The notes: a model not told the origin generated them from the letters alone. Counted from the stretch's first letter, positions 54,031 to 64,000 are shown. The stretch: DNA of 64,000 nt from a bacterium (GCA_021787665.1 JAJYLN010000007.1:10135-74134), one strand, 5' to 3'. A program made the numbers and translations.

Positions 54031-54614
54031 AGATGATAAAATCTGAGCTCAGGGCGAGCGCCGAACTCAAGCTCAGGCTCATGGACACGCACGCCCCGAT
54101 AATCCAGAAGGCTGCCGATGTTATCTGCCGAGCGGTCACGACCGGGTCGGTGTTGTTCCTGTTCGGCAACGGCGGCTCCGCAGCGGACGCACAGCATATC
54201 GCCGCGGAGTTCGTGAACAGGTTCAAGGTCGAGAGAAGGCCGTTGCCTGCGGTCGCGCTCTCGACGGATACCTCCGTCATCACGAGCATAGGGAACGACT
54301 ACTCGTTCGACGATATATTCTCGAAACAGATAGCCGCACTCGGCAGAATGGGGGACATAGCCCTGGGGATCTCCACGTCCGGCAATTCCAGGAACATCGT
54401 AAACGCCTTCGGGGCAGCCCGGGACAGGGGTCTCTTTACCATCGGCCTGCTCGGCAGGGACGGCGGCAAGGCACGTACCGTTGTGGACCTTGCCATCATT
54501 ATCGATCATCCTGACACACCGCGCATCCAGGAAGCGCACATAACGATAGGTCACGCCCTCTGCTCGATCATCGATCAGAGGATCAAAGCGATGGGGGTCA
54601 AGGGAGCTTCTTGA
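54018..54614 (+). CDS. gmhA: D-sedoheptulose-7-phosphate isomerase
   Basis: GNGGSAADAQH, GNDY, ISTSGNS, RIQEAH. Confidence 0.95.
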   Translation: MDEIEMIKSELRASAELKLRLMDTHAPIIQKAADVICRAVTTGSVLFLFGNGGSAADAQHIAAEFVNRFKVERRPLPAVALSTDTSVITSIGNDYSFDDIFSKQIAALGRMGDIALGISTSGNSRNIVNAFGAARDRGLFTIGLLGRDGGKARTVVDLAIIIDHPDTPRIQEAHITIGHALCSIIDQRIKAMGVKGAS

Positions 54615-55492
54615 AGGTATTCGTGGCCGGAGGCACCGGGTATATAGGCAGACACGTTATCAGGCGTCTCCTCAGGGACGGTCACAGCGTAAGGGCGCTC
54701 ATCAGGGGAGGATCCGAGGCAAAACTCCGCGACTTCAGCATAGAGACGGTACACGGCGACATATCGGACCCATCCTCCCTGAACGGCGCTCTGGAGGGAT
54801 GCGGCGCAGTCATCTACCTGATAGGCCTCATCAGGGAGCTGCCCTCGAAGGGAGCGACCTTCGAGCACACCCACGTCCGGGGCGTAAGGCATGTATACGA
54901 GAGGGCCTCCCAAGCCGGCATACGGCGATGGATCCACATCAGCTCAAACGGCGTAAAGCCGGACACCAAGGACGGCTATATAAGGACAAAGTACAGGGCA
55001 GAAGAGTTCATTAAGGCGCAGGACCTCGACTATACCATACTCAGGCCATCCATCGTATTCGGCGACGAGACCGACGGCACCGTCAATTTCGTCACGACGA
55101 TAAAGAGACTGCTTACCCTTTTTCCCTTGATCGTGCCGATCATAGGGAACGGCGGTTACAGACTCCAGCCTGTGCACGTGGATGACCTTGCACAGGTCCT
55201 ATCCAGGATACTCGACAGGCCGTCCACATTCAATCACACCTACAGCTTGTGCGGTGCCCGCAGCACCACGTACAACGATATGCTGGACACCGTCGCTGCA
55301 CGGTTCGGTATCAAGAAGAAGATGAAGGTACATCTGCCGACCGTCCTGATAAAATCCGCGGCCCTGCTTTTCCAGAAGATAGAATCCTTTCCGTTAACCG
55401 CTGAGCAGACAGATATACTCGTGGCCGGGAACACCTGCAGCGACTCGGACCTCTTCGACGAACTCGGCATCGTGCCCAAGGCATTCTCCTGA
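54611..55492 (+). CDS. Atypical SDR, NDUFA9-like NAD(P)-binding protein
   Basis: GGTGYIG, YIRTK, TILRPSIVFG, LQPVHVDD. Confidence 0.85.
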   Translation: MKVFVAGGTGYIGRHVIRRLLRDGHSVRALIRGGSEAKLRDFSIETVHGDISDPSSLNGALEGCGAVIYLIGLIRELPSKGATFEHTHVRGVRHVYERASQAGIRRWIHISSNGVKPDTKDGYIRTKYRAEEFIKAQDLDYTILRPSIVFGDETDGTVNFVTTIKRLLTLFPLIVPIIGNGGYRLQPVHVDDLAQVLSRILDRPSTFNHTYSLCGARSTTYNDMLDTVAARFGIKKKMKVHLPTVLIKSAALLFQKIESFPLTAEQTDILVAGNTCSDSDLFDELGIVPKAFS

Positions 55493-55553
55493 AGCTGCAG
55501 GACTACCTTGGTGTCGGCAACGCCCGGACGCTGAAAGGGCTGCTCTCGAACGA

Positions 55554-56261
55554 CTAACCGGCGTACATCCGAATCTGCTCCGCAAGCCGGTCCACCGGCA
55601 TCTGCCCGTCCGCCTTCGGCCTTCCGATGTACCCGTAGGTGATGAGCGAGCCGAAGAGGGGATTCACCACCCTGGAGATCATGCCGACACTGCCAAGGGA
55701 TATGGTGATAAGCCGCCCCTTCCGGTGGTCCATCGTAAAGCGCAGAAGGCGCGCAACATCTCCGATGCCGCGCGCCATGAGCGCAAACTTGATTATGTCC
55801 GCGGACTTGCGCTCTGCCATCGACATCATCTTCAGCAGGCTATCGTCAGCAGGGGTCTTTTTCAAATCATGATATGAGGCGATAACGGTCCTTTTGTATC
55901 TGTGTGCCAGGGCAACGACGCTCGGAAATATCCGAGACTCTATCTCTATGTCCACCAAATCAGCGTTGACGACGATCGCCTCGAACAAGGTGTACCTGGT
56001 CTCTTCGTCCATCACTGCCCTGCCCCCTTCCTTCTTCAGCCGTACGGTGGCAATCACGGGCCTTGACAGCTTGTCCCTTGCCCTGGCAAAGACCCCTGCC
56101 ACGTACTCCGGCGACAGCCGCCGAAACAGATCGACCCGCAGCTCTACGAGGTCTATGCGGCGCACCTGTGCCGACGACGCGCGATCGACGTCCCTGTCCG
56201 TCATTGCACATGCTATGAGGGGCCCGGTCCCGGCCATGATGTTACGGAGCATCGTTTTCAT
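55554..56261 (-). CDS. aroD: Type I 3-dehydroquinate dehydratase
   Basis: ELRVD, TVR..EGG, VDIE, SYHD, ADIIK, ADGQ. Confidence 0.9.
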   Translation of the reverse strand: MKTMLRNIMAGTGPLIACAMTDRDVDRASSAQVRRIDLVELRVDLFRRLSPEYVAGVFARARDKLSRPVIATVRLKKEGGRAVMDEETRYTLFEAIVVNADLVDIEIESRIFPSVVALAHRYKRTVIASYHDLKKTPADDSLLKMMSMAERKSADIIKFALMARGIGDVARLLRFTMDHRKGRLITISLGSVGMISRVVNPLFGSLITYGYIGRPKADGQMPVDRLAEQIRMYAG

Positions 56262-56384
56262 GCATTCCTTTTATTCCATTCAGGGGTAAAATGCAAAGCG
56301 GACGAAAATTAATGACAAATCCGACAGAAGGGCATATGGAATATATTTGTTTTAAAAATACAGGACCGAAGGGGACAATACCGA

Positions 56385-57179
56385 ATGGACGACAAGATCA
56401 CTTTCTGGGACCATCTCGATGAACTCAGGAAGCGCCTGATACTATCCATCATATTCATAGCTGTCGGCGCATGCGGCGGCTTTTACTTTGCCGCTGAGCT
56501 GCTGAATATCATGGAATTCCCGCTGCGCTCGAGGCTCAGGGTGTCCCTCCACAGCCCCTATATCAGTCTCATAACATCGCACGCGCCCATAAAGCTCGTG
56601 TTCATCCAGCCCATCGAGGCCATATGGACGTACCTCAAACTCGGGCTGATAGCAGGCCTCGTTTTGGCACTACCGCTCGTGCTCTACGAGCTGTGGCTGT
56701 TCATAAAGCCGGGCCTCTACCCTTCCGAGAGGAACTATGTCAGGGTGTTCGTGATCACCGGCGGGGTGTTTTTCTTATTTGGGGGTGCATTCAGCTTCTT
56801 CGTCATACTGCCGTTCGCCATGAAGTTCCTGTTGAGCGTCGGAACAGGGAAACTCATTCCCATGCTCAGCGTGGAACAGTACGTGGACTTCTGTCTCCAG
56901 TTCATCCTTTCATTCGGACTCGTATTTGAGCTCCCATTCGTGCTTCTGATCCTCTCCGCAATGGGGATCGTGAACCCTCGTGGACTCGCAGAGAAGAGGA
57001 GATACGCGATCGTGGGGGCGTTCATACTCGGCGCTATACTCAGTCCCAGCCCGGACGTATTCAACCAGACGCTCGTGGCAGTGCCGCTGATAGTTCTCTA
57101 CGAGGTTGGTATACTCCTCTCTTCCCTGTACATGAAGAGGAAGGGAGCAAGATCCGGGAAAGAGGATCCTGTCGCATAA
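56385..57179 (+). CDS. tatC: Twin-arginine translocase subunit C
   Basis: HLDELRKRL, PGLY..E, FGLVFELP, SPD, LYE. Confidence 0.95.
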   Translation: MDDKITFWDHLDELRKRLILSIIFIAVGACGGFYFAAELLNIMEFPLRSRLRVSLHSPYISLITSHAPIKLVFIQPIEAIWTYLKLGLIAGLVLALPLVLYELWLFIKPGLYPSERNYVRVFVITGGVFFLFGGAFSFFVILPFAMKFLLSVGTGKLIPMLSVEQYVDFCLQFILSFGLVFELPFVLLILSAMGIVNPRGLAEKRRYAIVGAFILGAILSPSPDVFNQTLVAVPLIVLYEVGILLSSLYMKRKGARSGKEDPVA

Positions 57180-57338
57180 ATGGTTATAACCGGCAAGACG
57201 AATTCAGTTACAGCCCCATTCGATATTGCGTACGATAGGATCTCCGAAGTCCACACAGGGCTACCGCCGAATCTGCTCAACGTCCTTTGCCAAGGGTGAC
57301 CCCATAGCCGGTCGCCCGCTCTATCCTGTCCTCGGATT

Positions 57339-57884
57339 TTACGACGGTGTTGTTGTTAAATAATATTTTATATCGTAAGCCATGTTATACAGGGAATTCG
57401 AAAGCTGTCCGGAAAAAGACATATTGGAAAAACCGCCATAGGGGTTGTATGAAATGGGCGACGGTTCTTCGAGCCTCCGGTAGAGCAGTTTTTTTGTCCC
57501 TCCGTCATAGAAGCTCATCTCGCACTGAAGCTGGTTCCCGATTAATGACACTTTAGAGAACACTATGACCAAGGTATGAGGAGCCCATGGAATGCGTGCA
57601 TATCTTGAGGCCGCGCCGATAACGTTCCACCCTTTCATATAGCTTCTGGTATATGACTGGAGCGAGTCGATGTTCTGCGTTTTTATTTCATCTAACCATT
57701 CTCCTTTTGTCCCGTAACCGAATTTCATCCAATGTTGCTCTCCGAGATCGAGCCAGCCCACATAAATTTTGTTGAATTTCTGATATTGCTCGCTGACTCG
57801 GACAGGCCCGCACCCAGCCGTCATACTTGTCAAAACCATTCCGATAATCCCAAAGGCCACATACCTGTTAAATCTGCTCTTCAT
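57339..57884 (-). CDS. Hypothetical lipoprotein
   Basis: AAGGAGG SD, lipobox TAG-C, AT-richer than flanks; no family recognised. Confidence 0.65.
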   Translation of the reverse strand: MKSRFNRYVAFGIIGMVLTSMTAGCGPVRVSEQYQKFNKIYVGWLDLGEQHWMKFGYGTKGEWLDEIKTQNIDSLQSYTRSYMKGWNVIGAASRYARIPWAPHTLVIVFSKVSLIGNQLQCEMSFYDGGTKKLLYRRLEEPSPISYNPYGGFSNMSFSGQLSNSLYNMAYDIKYYLTTTPS

Positions 57885-58163
57885 GCTTACCTCCTTTTCT
57901 TGTTGTTTCACATGGTTAAACCCTGTAAACTTATTACATACAATACTATCAGTAACTTATGGTACCCGGTTCTCCGGGCTAAAGAGACCCCCTTCAGGGA
58001 TTACATGCACTATTAGCACAGTGGCTTTATAAGGAAAAGAAAAAAGTTTGAAACCTAAAACAGAGATCAACCGATGAAGCGGTCTCTCCTTTGTGCCACT
58101 TGACAAGGCATGGTATTTTTAATAGAAACTGCTCATACAAGCTTGTAACAATGAGGAGATAGC

Positions 58164-58454
58164 ATGGTATCAAACACCAAAAGCGTGACCGTTCAGGACA
58201 TCGAGAGAAGGGTCAGCGAGATATTTATCAATGAGCTCAAGCTCGAGGATGTGACCCCGGAGACGTTGGACACGGAACTACATCTTATGGAAGAACTGGG
58301 AATAGACAGCATGGACCTCATAACCGTGGTACTGGTACTGAAGGACGAATTCTCCGTCAGCATAGAAGAGGCGGATTACCCCAAACTGACCAATATCCGG
58401 CTCATAGCCGAGTACATCAAGGAGAAAATGGAACATGGAAGAAGTGCGGCCTGA
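58164..58454 (+). CDS. Acyl carrier protein
   Basis: LGIDSMDL phosphopantetheine motif. Confidence 0.9.
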   Translation: MVSNTKSVTVQDIERRVSEIFINELKLEDVTPETLDTELHLMEELGIDSMDLITVVLVLKDEFSVSIEEADYPKLTNIRLIAEYIKEKMEHGRSAA

Positions 58455-58767
58455 AAAAGCCTCAATCGGAAAATCATCGAACGGGAAAGCGTCGATCGGA
58501 TCATCACCAATCGAAAAATTGATCGATGAGCTGAAAAAAAAGGTCCTCGATATCCTCAATATCCAGGACGTGAGTCTCAGTGATATAGACAGCAACGCAC
58601 CGATGGTGGGGAACGAGCTCGGCATAGATTCCATCGACATTCTGGAACTGGTCACCGTCATCGAGCAGGATTATGGCGTGAGGATCGACAACAAAGAGTT
58701 GGGCCGGAAGGTGTTTGCCTCATTTACTTCTCTCGCACAATATATAGCTGACCACAGAACCAGTTGA
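58435..58767 (+). CDS. Acyl carrier protein (aryl-polyene-type) with repetitive N-terminal extension
   Basis: LGIDSIDILEL, YGVRI. Confidence 0.88.
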   Translation: MEEVRPEKASIGKSSNGKASIGSSPIEKLIDELKKKVLDILNIQDVSLSDIDSNAPMVGNELGIDSIDILELVTVIEQDYGVRIDNKELGRKVFASFTSLAQYIADHRTS

Positions 58768-60968
58768 ATGTGCCTGTAATGTCGTCTGAAGGCATTTTCA
58801 TCACGGGCCTCGGCATCATCAGTCCTCTGGGGAGAGGACTCCCTTCGACGATCCATGCGCTAAAAAATCCGGTTTCGGGTATCCACAGCGCCGACCTTTT
58901 CAACGTTGCCGTCGATCAGATCATGCCGGTGGCCGATGTCACGGTACCGTTTCCGACCGAGCCCGGCGTCCCGAGGACGCATGCATTGGCGCTCGTTGCG
59001 GCACGCGATGCGATGGAAGGTCGAAAAGCCCCTCCGGATGCTATCGTTATCGGGGTCACCACCGGGGGCATGCCGAAGAGCGAGCAATTGCTCGGCTCGA
59101 AGATCGTGTCGCCGCAGGAATATGTGTACCATGGGGCCGGGACCGTGGCGACATACCTCGCAGAGCACGTATCGTGTACCGGACCGGCCTTCACCCTATC
59201 GACCGCGTGTTCAAGCGGTACCGCGGCCATCAAGATCGCCCTGGAGATGCTCAGGCGGGGAAAGGCAAAGAGCGTGCTCGTCGGAGGAGCAGATGCGTTG
59301 TGCAGGTTTACCTACTTTGGCTTTTTCTCGCTCCAGCTCATAGACCCCAAGGGCGCACGGCCTCTCGACAGGGACAGAGCCGGCATATCACTCGGCGAAG
59401 GAGCGGCAATGCTCCTGCTCGAGAGTGCACCGACGCCCCCCCAGGGCTCCATCGCTCAGATCCTGGGCGGTGGCATCTCCTGCGATGCGTACCATCCGAC
59501 AGCACCGCATCCGAAAGGAGAAGGTGCCCTGAAGGCCATGCAGGACGCCATAGCAGACGCGGGCATCCGGGCAGTTGATATCGGCTATATAAACCTTCAC
59601 GGCACGGCAACACTGGACAATGACGCGTCCGAAGCAACAGCACTCAGGACATTGTATCTCGACCGTATCCCCTCGGTGTCATCCACCAAAGGGATGACCG
59701 GCCATTCGCTCGGTGCAGCAGGCGCGGTCGAATGCGCGATAAGTGCATTGTCCGTTTCCGAGGAACTGATCCCGGCCAATACCGGGTGCGTGAACCCGGA
59801 CGCTTCACTGGGGCTGCCCGTCGTATTGAAACCGGAAAGCCGTCCTGTGAAGATTGCACTGTCGAACTCCTTCGGCTTCGGCGGCAATAATGCTGCCGTG
59901 GTGATCGGTTCCGTGGACCTACCGGTGCCGGTCCGTCAGAGGACATGCCCCATGAGCCTGCAGGTCACGGGTCTTGCCTGCCTGACCGGCAGCGGTGGCA
60001 CGGATGACTCTTTCCAGAAATTCTCACAGGGCGTTCATGTTACCGGCGTCCTGAGCGATGAGGAGGTCTCAAAGGACCTGCCCCAGCGTCAGGTACGCCG
60101 CCTCAAGAGGACCTCCCGCATGGCACTCGCCCTGGCCACGGCGGCACGCAAGGACGCCGGAGGAAGTGATTGTCCGTCCTCGGTCTTCTTCGGGACAGGA
60201 TGGGGCCCCCTGACCGAGACATACGATTTCCTTACCAAGCTCTTCGGGTCCGATATGAAATTTTCCAGTCCTACGGACTTCATCAATTCCGTGCACAATG
60301 CACCCGCAGGACAGGTCGCCATGGAGCTCAAGGCACACGGCGCCAATATCACGGCAACAGGCGGCGATTATTCCTTCGAGCAGGCCCTGTTTATTGCGAG
60401 CCTCCTGACGTCCGAAAAAGATAATCTGCTCCTCCTCGGCGCGGACGAGATGCATCCGGAACTGTCTCTTCTGTTCGATCCATCGTCGGCAGGCGACACC
60501 ACCCCTTCGGACGGCGGCGGCGCGATTATGGCGGTGGCGACAGACTCCCCGGAAGGTCCTGCGATCACGCCGGTCGCGTACCGGATGGCGCCGGGGAATA
60601 CCGGCTCTGCACCCATGATTGACCCCGGGATCATAAAAGATATCGACAGGCGTTATGGCGCGCTCTTTGTCGGAATCCCCCTTGCATACGAAGTGGCGGC
60701 AAGGGCCCAGGTAAAAAGTTTCCTTACGTACTCCAAGTTCAGCGGGCCTGTAGTCGATTACAGAAAGTACACGGGACAGTATGCTACGTCCGCCGCCGTT
60801 GCGACCGTCCTTGCTGTGAAAGCGATCAAACGGGGATCCCTTCCCGCGATCCTGACCGGTAAACAAGAAGTTTCCCTCAGCGGGAAAGGCATCCTGGTCA
60901 TGGGCTTCGGTCCTTATTGTACTGCTATCGATGTCCGTAACCATAACCGAGGTGTGCATGCCCCCTGA
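58764..60968 (+). CDS. Fused beta-ketoacyl synthase + chain-length-factor-like domain
   Basis: N-half TACSSG / HGTAT / GHSLG triad and NSFGFGG; C-half SPTDFINSVHNAPAG with no catalytic Cys. Confidence 0.85.
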   Translation: MNVPVMSSEGIFITGLGIISPLGRGLPSTIHALKNPVSGIHSADLFNVAVDQIMPVADVTVPFPTEPGVPRTHALALVAARDAMEGRKAPPDAIVIGVTTGGMPKSEQLLGSKIVSPQEYVYHGAGTVATYLAEHVSCTGPAFTLSTACSSGTAAIKIALEMLRRGKAKSVLVGGADALCRFTYFGFFSLQLIDPKGARPLDRDRAGISLGEGAAMLLLESAPTPPQGSIAQILGGGISCDAYHPTAPHPKGEGALKAMQDAIADAGIRAVDIGYINLHGTATLDNDASEATALRTLYLDRIPSVSSTKGMTGHSLGAAGAVECAISALSVSEELIPANTGCVNPDASLGLPVVLKPESRPVKIALSNSFGFGGNNAAVVIGSVDLPVPVRQRTCPMSLQVTGLACLTGSGGTDDSFQKFSQGVHVTGVLSDEEVSKDLPQRQVRRLKRTSRMALALATAARKDAGGSDCPSSVFFGTGWGPLTETYDFLTKLFGSDMKFSSPTDFINSVHNAPAGQVAMELKAHGANITATGGDYSFEQALFIASLLTSEKDNLLLLGADEMHPELSLLFDPSSAGDTTPSDGGGAIMAVATDSPEGPAITPVAYRMAPGNTGSAPMIDPGIIKDIDRRYGALFVGIPLAYEVAARAQVKSFLTYSKFSGPVVDYRKYTGQYATSAAVATVLAVKAIKRGSLPAILTGKQEVSLSGKGILVMGFGPYCTAIDVRNHNRGVHAP

Positions 60969-62433
60969 AGATCCTATAGTCATTATAGGTTCCGGTATCG
61001 GCGGCCTGACCGCTGCTATCATCCTCGCAAAGCTGGGCCATCGTGTGACTGTTGTGGAAAAGAACAAGCTGCCCGGCGGCCTGATGAGGAGCTATACCAG
61101 AAAGGGGATCGAATGCGAAGTAGGGATCCACTACATGGGCGCCCTAGACAAGGGTCAGCCTTTGCGCCAGATCTTCGACTTTATCGGGGTATCCGATCGT
61201 ATACCCCTCACGCGCATGGGCGAAGACGGGGTCGTCGATAAATACATCCTGCCCGGGATGGAGTTCGATTTCCCCGCGAGCATCGATCGATACGGAGAGA
61301 ACCTCCGTGAGGCCTTTCCGGATGAGGGCCGTCAAATAGCCGCAATTATCGCTGTTCTTCACGATGCGATCGGCCGGTTCGACAGCATGTCTATATTTTT
61401 GAAGGGGGAAACAAATTTCGACTTTGCCCGGGAACTGCGGCCCGCGGGCGATTATTTCAATGAACTGGGATGCTCCCTGGGGCTGCGCAGCATCCTGAGT
61501 GTTCCCCTGTCATTGATCGGCGTAGGACCCGATGAATGCCCCGTATATCTATGGAGTTCCTCGGTCTCTTCCTATCTGATGTCCTCGTGGAGGCTGACAC
61601 GCGGGGGCGCACATATGGCGGATACCTTCGCAGAGAGGCTGCGTGAGCTCGGTGGAGAAATCATCTGCAATGACGGGGTATCGAAGATCCTCGTACAGAA
61701 CCGCGCTGTCCGTGGCGTAGCCTTGAAGTCCGGAAGGGAGCTTGTCTCTCCCACGATCATATCGGCCATCCATCCAAAGCTGATGCTCGGTCTGCTATCC
61801 GACGATTCTTATAAGCCTTCCTTTAAAAACAGGATCCTATCTCTCCAGGAAACGCCCGGGATTTTCGCAACCCATGTAGCGGTCCCCGAAGATGAGCTTC
61901 CTTTAAGGCCGTACAATATCTTCATCCTGAACGAGGCCGCGGACAAGTACGAGGTAGTGACATTTCTTAACATGAAGAAATCACCCGAACCCGGCTGGAA
62001 CACACTGTCCATCCTGGGAGGGAGCCCGTACGAGCAATGGCGCACATGGGAGCACACGACGAGAGGGCAGCGACCCCGTGAATACAAAGAGGCGAAGGCC
62101 CGCGAGGCCGCTGTTCTCTTTGATAGGGCCCTAAAGCTTTTCGGGCCCCTCCACCGGGCACGGGTCGTAGACTCCTTTACGCCCCTGTCGTTTGTAGACT
62201 GGATGGGGAGTCCGGAAGGTGGCGCCTATGGCGTACGCCGATCGACGACACAGAAGTTCAAGACCGCTGCACTGCACCGTACGCCGCTAACAGGGCTGCA
62301 TGCAGTCGGGCAGAGCGTCTTCGCCCCGGGCATACTGGGTACGGCGCTGGGGACCCTGCGGGTACTCGCCCCTCTGGTGGGATATGAAACGCTCCGTCAG
62401 AAATTTATTGACTCAGGTATAGAAGGAATTTAA
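60958..62433 (+). CDS. FAD-dependent oxidoreductase, phytoene desaturase / retinol saturase family
   Basis: IIGSGIGG, EVGIHYMG, TPLS...GGAYG, GQS..PGILG. Confidence 0.85.
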   Translation: MPPEDPIVIIGSGIGGLTAAIILAKLGHRVTVVEKNKLPGGLMRSYTRKGIECEVGIHYMGALDKGQPLRQIFDFIGVSDRIPLTRMGEDGVVDKYILPGMEFDFPASIDRYGENLREAFPDEGRQIAAIIAVLHDAIGRFDSMSIFLKGETNFDFARELRPAGDYFNELGCSLGLRSILSVPLSLIGVGPDECPVYLWSSSVSSYLMSSWRLTRGGAHMADTFAERLRELGGEIICNDGVSKILVQNRAVRGVALKSGRELVSPTIISAIHPKLMLGLLSDDSYKPSFKNRILSLQETPGIFATHVAVPEDELPLRPYNIFILNEAADKYEVVTFLNMKKSPEPGWNTLSILGGSPYEQWRTWEHTTRGQRPREYKEAKAREAAVLFDRALKLFGPLHRARVVDSFTPLSFVDWMGSPEGGAYGVRRSTTQKFKTAALHRTPLTGLHAVGQSVFAPGILGTALGTLRVLAPLVGYETLRQKFIDSGIEGI

Positions 62434-62450
62434 AAGATGAAAGGATTGTC

Positions 62451-64000
62451 ATGACGAAGAAACATACACGAAACACGTCGTCACAAAAGCCGGTTGTCAT
62501 AGGAGAAGGCGATCTTACGCCGGCGCAGGTCGTCGCCATCGCCCGTGGCAAGGAGAGGGTACGCATCAGCACGAACAAGGACTTTACCGGCAGGATGAAG
62601 CGGTCGCAAAAGATACTCCAGCACGCGCTCGACGCCGGCGAGCCGGTTTATGGAGTAACCACCGGGTACGGAGCTGCGTGTGGCAATAGGATCCAGAAGC
62701 ATAAAACCGAGGAACTCGGGAGCAACCTCATCAAGTACCACGGATGCGGCACCGGTGAGCCGTTGGGCGTAGAAGAGGTGCGTGCGTCCCTGATGTGCAG
62801 GCTCGCGTGCTTCGCACAGGGACATTCCGGGGTGTCCGTCAACCTGCTGCAAGCCCTTGCGGACTTCCTCAACAAAGGCATAACACCGGTCGTACCTTCC
62901 CTCGGCTCTGTCGGCGCATCCGGGGACCTCACCCCTATGTCATACATCGCCGCCTGCCTGTCCGGAGACAGGGAGGTCCTGTATAAAGGACGGCGAATGC
63001 ACTCCCGGAACGCTCTGTCTCTGGCAGGCCTGTCTCCCTACCGCTTTCTTCCGAAAGAGCCGCTCGGCATGATGAATGGAACTTCCGTTATGACCGGGAT
63101 CGCGGCCCTTGTTCTGGACAAAAGTAGGGTCATAGCAGATGCTGCACTCGCAGCTACGGCACTCTCGCTCCATGCCATCATAGGACACGAGCGGCACTTC
63201 CATTCGGCGGTGGTCAACTCGAAGCCCCATCCCGGACAGCACAGCACCGGCGAGCGGCTGCGGGGCCTTCTGGCCTGCGTGGACTGTCCTCCGGAATCCG
63301 GCAGGGAAAATGATCTGCAAGACCCTTATTCCACACGCTGCGCCCCGCAGATCCTCGGCGTCGTGTACGATGCCTTCGAATGGATCGGGCAATGGGTCCA
63401 CCGGGAGATAAACAGCTCCAACGACAATCCGCTGTCCGACGGCGACAACGAAGAGGTCTTCATGGGCGGCAATTTTTACGGCGGTCACATAGCATACGCC
63501 ATGGACGCCCTGAAGAGCGCGCTGGCATCGGTCGCAGACATGGCTGACCGACAGATGGCCCTGCTGGTCGATCCCCGGTACAACCGGGGTCTCCCGGCAA
63601 ACCTCGTGAAGGTGAAGGGTGACAAACAGCCCCTGCACCACGGGTTCAAGGGTATGCAGATCACCGCCTCGGCACTTACGGCAGAAGCCCTGAAGAACAC
63701 CATGCCCGCGGCATCGTTCTCCAGATCAACCGAGTCCCATAACCAGGACAAGGTGAGCATGGGCACGATCGCCGCACGGGACGCTTCGCGGCAATGCGAC
63801 CTCGTCAGCAGGGCTGTGGCCATCCATCTCATGGCAGCGGTCCAGGCATGCGAGCTGCGCGGTAATCTGGACAGGAGACCTGCACTGGCGTCCCTGGTAA
63901 AAGAGGTCAGAAAGGTGGTAAAGGAGACGGTCTTCGACCGCCCCATGGACAGGGACATCGAGGCCCTCGTAGGCGCGCTGCCGGACGTGGTACGATCCGT
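62451..64000 (+). CDS. Aromatic amino acid ammonia-lyase (HAL/PAL/TAL family), 3'-truncated by window edge
   Basis: Hand translation: VYGVTTGYG, NLIKYHGCG, GSVGASGDL (MIO motif), QDPYSTRC, NDNP, GGNFYG, HNQDKVSMG. Confidence 0.93.
   Translation, partial: MTKKHTRNTSSQKPVVIGEGDLTPAQVVAIARGKERVRISTNKDFTGRMKRSQKILQHALDAGEPVYGVTTGYGAACGNRIQKHKTEELGSNLIKYHGCGTGEPLGVEEVRASLMCRLACFAQGHSGVSVNLLQALADFLNKGITPVVPSLGSVGASGDLTPMSYIAACLSGDREVLYKGRRMHSRNALSLAGLSPYRFLPKEPLGMMNGTSVMTGIAALVLDKSRVIADAALAATALSLHAIIGHERHFHSAVVNSKPHPGQHSTGERLRGLLACVDCPPESGRENDLQDPYSTRCAPQILGVVYDAFEWIGQWVHREINSSNDNPLSDGDNEEVFMGGNFYGGHIAYAMDALKSALASVADMADRQMALLVDPRYNRGLPANLVKVKGDKQPLHHGFKGMQITASALTAEALKNTMPAASFSRSTESHNQDKVSMGTIAARDASRQCDLVSRAVAIHLMAAVQACELRGNLDRRPALASLVKEVRKVVKETVFDRPMDRDIEALVGALPDVVRS

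Noticed and set aside
54611..55492. NDUFA9-like protein as an accessory subunit of the 11-subunit complex I
   Set aside because: Family is widespread in bacteria and lies about 41 kb away; no evidence of a link
57180..57299. 39-aa ORF after tatC starting MVITGKT, faintly like an AroE N-terminus
   Set aside because: Similarity stops after seven residues

Overview
Bacterial chromosomal window, GC-rich overall with a few AT-richer patches. An outer-membrane beta-barrel and gmhA suggest a Gram-negative host; the gene context looks Deltaproteobacteria-like, which is inference only. Most of it is housekeeping: an 11-subunit complex I operon (nuoABCDHIJKLMN, no nuoEFG), aspC-coaD-rsmD, a quality-control/envelope cluster (ppx, htpX, a divergent Clp ATPase, Gld-like ABC + DUF4340, DUF1844, DegP/Q), ligA, a sigma54 two-component pair, glyQS-ppdK, an hpf-hprK-rapZ-EIIA-HPr-EI cluster, gmhA, aroD and tatC. 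The accessory parts are more interesting. (1) A module at 30.1-37.4 kb has a large ATPase-TPR-SARP/BTAD regulator, a DHA2 efflux pump and a collagen/Ig/PQQ-propeller lipoprotein. The two downstream promoters share an 11-bp-repeat motif, and an orphan copy of the propeller's last repeat lies beyond the terminator. (2) A perfect 16-bp hairpin buries the SD and ATG of an unannotated 43-aa hydrophobic peptide at 51.8 kb. (3) PPDK carries a Cys4 insertion. (4) An aryl-polyene/flexirubin-like cluster begins at 58.2 kb, with a fused KS-CLF and an ammonia-lyase that is missing from the ORF track. I saw no tRNA, rRNA, CRISPR array or transposase. Family assignments come from motif recognition by eye; no database searches were run.
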